Made by a program: the position numbers and the translations under genes | Notes under the pieces: model-generated | Database searches by the model: none | What the model was told of the DNA's origin: nothing | What the model saw: only the letters and a program-made list of their open reading frames with translations | NCBI GenBank assembly: GCA_031283585.1 | Contig: JAITBP010000007.1 | Coordinates: forward strand, 69,327-101,326 | Length of the DNA: 32,000 nucleotides | Source of the DNA: Puniceicoccales bacterium | GTDB lineage: Bacteria > Verrucomicrobiota > Verrucomicrobiia > Opitutales > LL51 | Direction: 5' to 3' | Part shown: positions 28,800-32,000 of the stretch, in pieces | How positions within the stretch are numbered: the stretch's first letter is position 1 | Layout: every line of letters begins with the position of its first letter

Positions 28800-30274
28800 A
28801 ACTGAGGAGTTGGGTCAGGGATAGAGTAGGATTGATTTCTAGCAAAACACCGGAAGTTTTTTTCCCTGAGAAAGATAGTGGACCAGTGTCCCGGTGGAAA
28901 TCATCCAATGACCGGGAAAATGCACCGGCCTGTGCCCTGGAAACCCAGACCGGGACGGAACCGGAAACAGTGGATTTGGCCGTGGCCAGGCAACCAGCTA
29001 TCAAAAGAGATGACGCCTGGTCCATCGGGGCGAAGCATTTGGCCAATGGCCTAGCCGGTTATGGATCTGGGGATCGGCATAGGTTGGCTGCGACATATGA
29101 AGACATGCCATCGCCGGTGAGCTACCAAAGCTCCCAAAAGAAACCCTCGGCAAAACAAAAACGTAAAAAATATGAAAAATATGAAAAATGTAAAAAACAT
29201 GAAAAACATAAAGATGTTGTGTTCCTGAGTATAAAGATTGAGAAGAAAGCGCGTATTATTCGCGGAATCTCGGTGCTTATGTCCTCGGGCACAACCCTTG
29301 GATCCGCCATTTCCATAATGATCAATCAGGAATCAGAAGACAGAGTCCTGAGGAATTTTCTCAAAAACCTCTCGATGAAAATAGAATCTGGCAGCCCGTT
29401 GTCCGAAGCCATAGCGTCGTCCAAGGTCAGATTTAATGGGTCAGAGATCGCAATGATAAGGGTCGGAGAATCGATAGGTGCTCTGGCAGAAACCCTGGAT
29501 CGGATGGCCAACCTGATGGACAAAAAAATCCATCTGGGGAAGAAGATCACGTCGGCGATGTTTTATCCCCTAACGGTCATGATTATCTCCTCGGTGGTTG
29601 CGTTGCTACTCACAGGCATCGTCATTCCCAAGTTCGAAAAGATCATCGAAGACCAAATCGGTCCCCGGGCTATGCCGGCGCTGACCAGCGTAATAATTAA
29701 AGGAAGCCGATGGATTTCTTCTTATTGGAAAGAATTTTTAATGACCGGGATGGTGGTGCTTGCATTGAGTTGCTCGCTGAAACGCCTGGGTTTTGTCAAA
29801 AACATTTTTTACAGAATTTTGCTAAAAATCCCTCTGGTCGGCGATGGCATGGTCAAATGGAACCTGGTGGTGTTTGCCAGAACATTCGGTGATCTGTTGC
29901 TCTGTGGCTTACCCGTCATCGATGCCATGAGACTGTCCAGCGCAGGCGTTGGAAATTTTGTGATGAGAGCTAAGTTGGAATTAACTATCCTGGACCTTCA
30001 GCAGGGATTGTCGCTGTCTGATTCGATCCATAGAAGAGGAATTTTCCCGGCGATGGTAGAAGGCTTGATAAGGGTTGGAGAGGAATCTGGCCAGCTTGGC
30101 GCGATGATGATTAGCATCGCAAATAACTGCGAAAACGACCTGGATGAGGTCATTGCCAGAATATCCTCCACGTTGGAGCCGATTTTGGTCGTAATCCTGT
30201 CCCTGTTCGTTGGAACCATAGTTATCGGGTTATTCATGCCATTGATAACTCTGATCCAGGGAATTGCACCCTAA
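28796..30274 (+). CDS. gspF: Type II secretion / type IV pilus platform protein GspF/PilC family, with an atypical N-terminal extension of about 100-150 aa
   Basis: Two T2SS-F-type repeats (ISVLMSSGTTLGSAISIM..SGSPLSEAI and FGDLLLCGLPVIDAMRLS..QGLSLSDSI) and three TM segments (MFYPLTVMIISSVVALLL, GMVVLALSCSL, EPILVVILSLFVGTIVIGLFMPL). ATGA overlap with the upstream stop. The true start is uncertain; ATG 29104 is an alternative. Confidence 0.85.
   Translation: MKLRSWVRDRVGLISSKTPEVFFPEKDSGPVSRWKSSNDRENAPACALETQTGTEPETVDLAVARQPAIKRDDAWSIGAKHLANGLAGYGSGDRHRLAATYEDMPSPVSYQSSQKKPSAKQKRKKYEKYEKCKKHEKHKDVVFLSIKIEKKARIIRGISVLMSSGTTLGSAISIMINQESEDRVLRNFLKNLSMKIESGSPLSEAIASSKVRFNGSEIAMIRVGESIGALAETLDRMANLMDKKIHLGKKITSAMFYPLTVMIISSVVALLLTGIVIPKFEKIIEDQIGPRAMPALTSVIIKGSRWISSYWKEFLMTGMVVLALSCSLKRLGFVKNIFYRILLKIPLVGDGMVKWNLVVFARTFGDLLLCGLPVIDAMRLSSAGVGNFVMRAKLELTILDLQQGLSLSDSIHRRGIFPAMVEGLIRVGEESGQLGAMMISIANNCENDLDEVIARISSTLEPILVVILSLFVGTIVIGLFMPLITLIQGIAP
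29161..29213 (+). repeat. Six 9-bp in-frame A-tract units encoding RKK YEK YEK CKK HEK HK
   Basis: acgtaaaaa atatgaaaa atatgaaaa atgtaaaaa acatgaaaa acataaag, read directly, inside the gspF N-terminal extension. Confidence 0.9.
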
Positions 30275-30436
30275 AATAGGGTTAATTTTTACAACCGAGG
30301 ATGATATAAGATATAAAAGTCAAATAAAAATAAATTAGTTAAGCCGCTTAGCTCCAAGCTGTCTCGTATGATTTTAGGCAAAAATATTGACATAATTTTT
30401 ATACAGCTAGTTTCTCGGCAAATATGGTTATGTTAG

Positions 30437-30853
30437 ATGGTCCGATGTGAATACAATGTTTTGGTTTTTTGTTTCATGCTCCTGGCTACCGGTTTGCCAT
30501 TGCAGGCGGTAATCAGCTATGATGAGTTGAACACTGTCTGTGGAAAAATGGCTGATTATGGAATAGATATTTGCACGAGGGAAATCATTATAGCCATTAT
30601 TTGTTATGTGGATGAATTTGGTGGAAGTAGCCTCAATTCGCTGTTGGCTATAATCAGGGGACGCGAATACGGTTATTATCTTAGTAACGCTACCTTATTA
30701 ATTGAAATTGCTAATTGTCCAAGAAAATATAAAAAAATGAAAAATATAATTTTAAAACTGTTAGATAATAGTTTTGGCCTAACTAAAGCCAAGGCAGCTA
30801 TAGCTAGGAGATTAATGAAACAAATTATGTCTCGTAGCGAAATATTTTTGTAA
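30437..30853 (+). CDS. Small secreted protein of unknown function, paralog 1
   Basis: 138 aa with signal-peptide-like N-terminus VLVFCFMLLATGLPLQA|VI. Shares FMLL..PLQAVI, GID..T..I, VD..GG and LLA blocks with the next ORF; this paralogy supports both being coding. Confidence 0.65.
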   Translation: MVRCEYNVLVFCFMLLATGLPLQAVISYDELNTVCGKMADYGIDICTREIIIAIICYVDEFGGSSLNSLLAIIRGREYGYYLSNATLLIEIANCPRKYKKMKNIILKLLDNSFGLTKAKAAIARRLMKQIMSRSEIFL

Positions 30854-30890
30854 TTTTTTATAATTTTTTGTAATTTTTTGCAATTTTTTC
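30841..30890 (+). repeat. Five 10-bp phased T-tract units (TAATTTTTTR)
   Basis: aatatttttg taatttttta taattttttg taattttttg caattttttc, read directly. Spans the stop codon of paralog 1 and lies upstream of paralog 2. Confidence 0.9.
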
Positions 30891-30930
30891 ATGATTTACA
30901 TTTTAACATTTTTTTATATGGATTAGAAAA

Positions 30931-31392
30931 ATGGATGGGTATAGGCGTTACATTTTTATCCTTGGCTTTATGCTTCTAGGGAGTATCTCGCCGCTGCAGG
31001 CTGTGATTACACTGAATAATAGAAATGAAGCGTCAAATGCATTATTTAATGCTGGTATAGACAGCCGCACTATAAATGTTATTGAAAAGATAGTCGATTT
31101 TGTTGATGGAGGAGGCAGGCACAAAAAGGAAATGCTTGCGCTTCTTGCGCAGTACTTTAATAATCCGGCCAGTACTACTGCGCTAAATCAGATTGCAATG
31201 GGTGATCCAGCTGGCAATTCTAAGAAAAAACCTATTTTTGAATCACTGTATACATTTTTTGGAGTAAAGCCAGGTAATAGATCAGGTAATAGATCAAGCA
31301 ATAGATCAGGTAATAGATCAGATAATAGATCAGGTAAGGTTAAGAGGTCCCGTGCTTTACTAGTCCAGGTGATAAGGAATTTTACCAATTAA
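30931..31392 (+). CDS. Small secreted protein of unknown function, paralog 2, with a (G/S/D)NRS repeat
   Basis: 153 aa with signal-peptide-like YIFILGFMLLGSISPLQA|VI. Conserved blocks shared with paralog 1. C-terminal GNRS GNRS SNRS GNRS DNRS. Confidence 0.7.
   Translation: MDGYRRYIFILGFMLLGSISPLQAVITLNNRNEASNALFNAGIDSRTINVIEKIVDFVDGGGRHKKEMLALLAQYFNNPASTTALNQIAMGDPAGNSKKKPIFESLYTFFGVKPGNRSGNRSSNRSGNRSDNRSGKVKRSRALLVQVIRNFTN
31273..31332 (+). repeat. 5 x 12-bp in-frame tandem repeat (GGTAATAGATCA-type units)
   Basis: ggtaatagatca ggtaatagatca agcaatagatca ggtaatagatca gataatagatca, read directly. Confidence 0.95.
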
Positions 31393-31596
31393 TAACATCA
31401 AGATGGTTCCAGCTGATCTCATCGGATAGTTGCTTCGAGGAAATTTGAAAAAATTTTCAATGCTAGGAAAACCAGTATTCATCAGAAAAAGGACGACCTA
31501 GGCTTGCTGGTTGTCAGGAAGTAAAAATAAACCAGCTTCAGGTGGCCATAGGTTTTTTACCAGGTCTCTCGTGAAATGAATTAGCGCCCCTGGGCC

Positions 31597-31628
31597 AGCC
31601 TATCGTTTAACGATAGGCTTTTTATTTC
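31597..31628 (+). terminator. Rho-independent terminator
   Basis: AGCCTATCG (31597-31605) pairs with CGATAGGCT (31611-31619) around loop TTTAA, followed by TTTTATTTCC. There is no T-tail on the opposite strand. Confidence 0.7.
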
Positions 31629-31656
31629 CTATTTCAGTTAGGTGTAGTCCATCGTA

Positions 31657-31690
31657 ATGCAGAAAAATGCAAAAAAATGCAAAAAAATAC
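31657..31690 (+). repeat. Phased A-tract units (ATGCARAAAA x3, 10 bp period)
   Basis: atgcagaaaa atgcaaaaaa atgcaaaaaa atac, read directly, about 100 bp upstream of the last ORF. Confidence 0.85.
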
Positions 31691-31800
31691 CATAATCGAA
31701 AAAAATGCTTGCCAAGTCGTTGAAGAATGTGAGAGAATCTGTGCTTAAGTCCGTGGTGGGCTTAATGATAGTGAACAAATAAATTATGAAAGGTAAAAAA

Positions 31801-32000
31801 ATGAAGAAGAAATTGTTAATGATGTTCTGTGGCGCTTTGTCGGCAGTAGCATCGGTAAACTGCAATGGTGCACCAGCAGACACTGACTATGGAAGAGGTT
31901 CTAATTTAGGAACCAACCATTTTGATATATATCCCGTATTTACTAAGGATCCTGCCAAAAAATTTGCAGAATCTAAGATCTATGAGCTGATCCCCCAAAT
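31801..32000 (+). CDS. Putative secreted protein or lipoprotein, 5' part (runs off the right edge)
   Basis: The frame is open from ATG 31786/31801 to the window end. MKKKLLMMFCGALSAVASVNC has a basic n-region, a hydrophobic core and then a Cys. AAAGG lies 7 nt before ATG 31801. Confidence 0.5.
   Translation, partial: MKKKLLMMFCGALSAVASVNCNGAPADTDYGRGSNLGTNHFDIYPVFTKDPAKKFAESKIYELIPQ

Noticed and set aside
28762-29046. 94-aa minus-strand ORF opposite the gspF N-terminal extension
   Set aside because: It has no motif, no start context, and runs against the uniform + strand gene orientation. It is kept only as a caveat on whether 28796-29100 is truly coding.
31638-31883. 81-aa minus-strand ORF
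   Set aside because: It runs through the A-tract array (giving poly-Phe/Ile low complexity) and overlaps the + strand ORF that has a plausible signal peptide and SD.

Overview
AT-rich bacterial chromosome segment (roughly 40% GC by eye, not computed). Every gene I can support is on the + strand. Nt 1-23072 is one uninterrupted housekeeping super-cluster: rpoB (3' part), rpoC, rpsL, rpsG, fusA, then rpsJ through rplQ in canonical S10, spc and alpha operon order, including secY, map and rpoA. The usual passengers tuf, rpmD, adk, infA and rpmJ are absent. After rplQ come a PPi-type phosphofructokinase gene and a short type III secretion module: a split SctQ-like pair plus sctR, with no sctS/T/U following. 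A 736-bp gene-free gap comes next and is the most interesting element in the window. It holds an array of eight DnaA-box 9-mers, a GC cluster running into CTA x5 (3'-GAT-5' trios), AT-rich DNA and phased A-tracts. This is a complete oriC-like module, and a local G/C-skew sign change coincides with it. To its right lie a CNNM/DUF21-CBS membrane protein gene, overlapping by ATGA an orphan gspF-like gene with a long Lys-rich N-terminal extension. These are followed by two tandem paralogous small signal-peptide proteins (one with a 12-bp x5 NRS repeat), a rho-independent terminator and a partial secreted or lipoprotein ORF. Other oddities: an in-frame 42-bp x3 triplication in fusA, an A10 tract where a -1 shift fuses two T3SS ORFs, an extra C-terminal TM segment on SecY, a CCC replacement of the conserved uL15 EGG loop, and four arrays of helically phased A/T-tracts. 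I saw no rRNA, tRNA, CRISPR array or transposase/integrase. The gene content (T3SS, T2SS GspF, PPi-PFK, reduced r-protein cluster) suggests a host-associated, possibly PVC/Chlamydiae-like organism, but that is only an inference.
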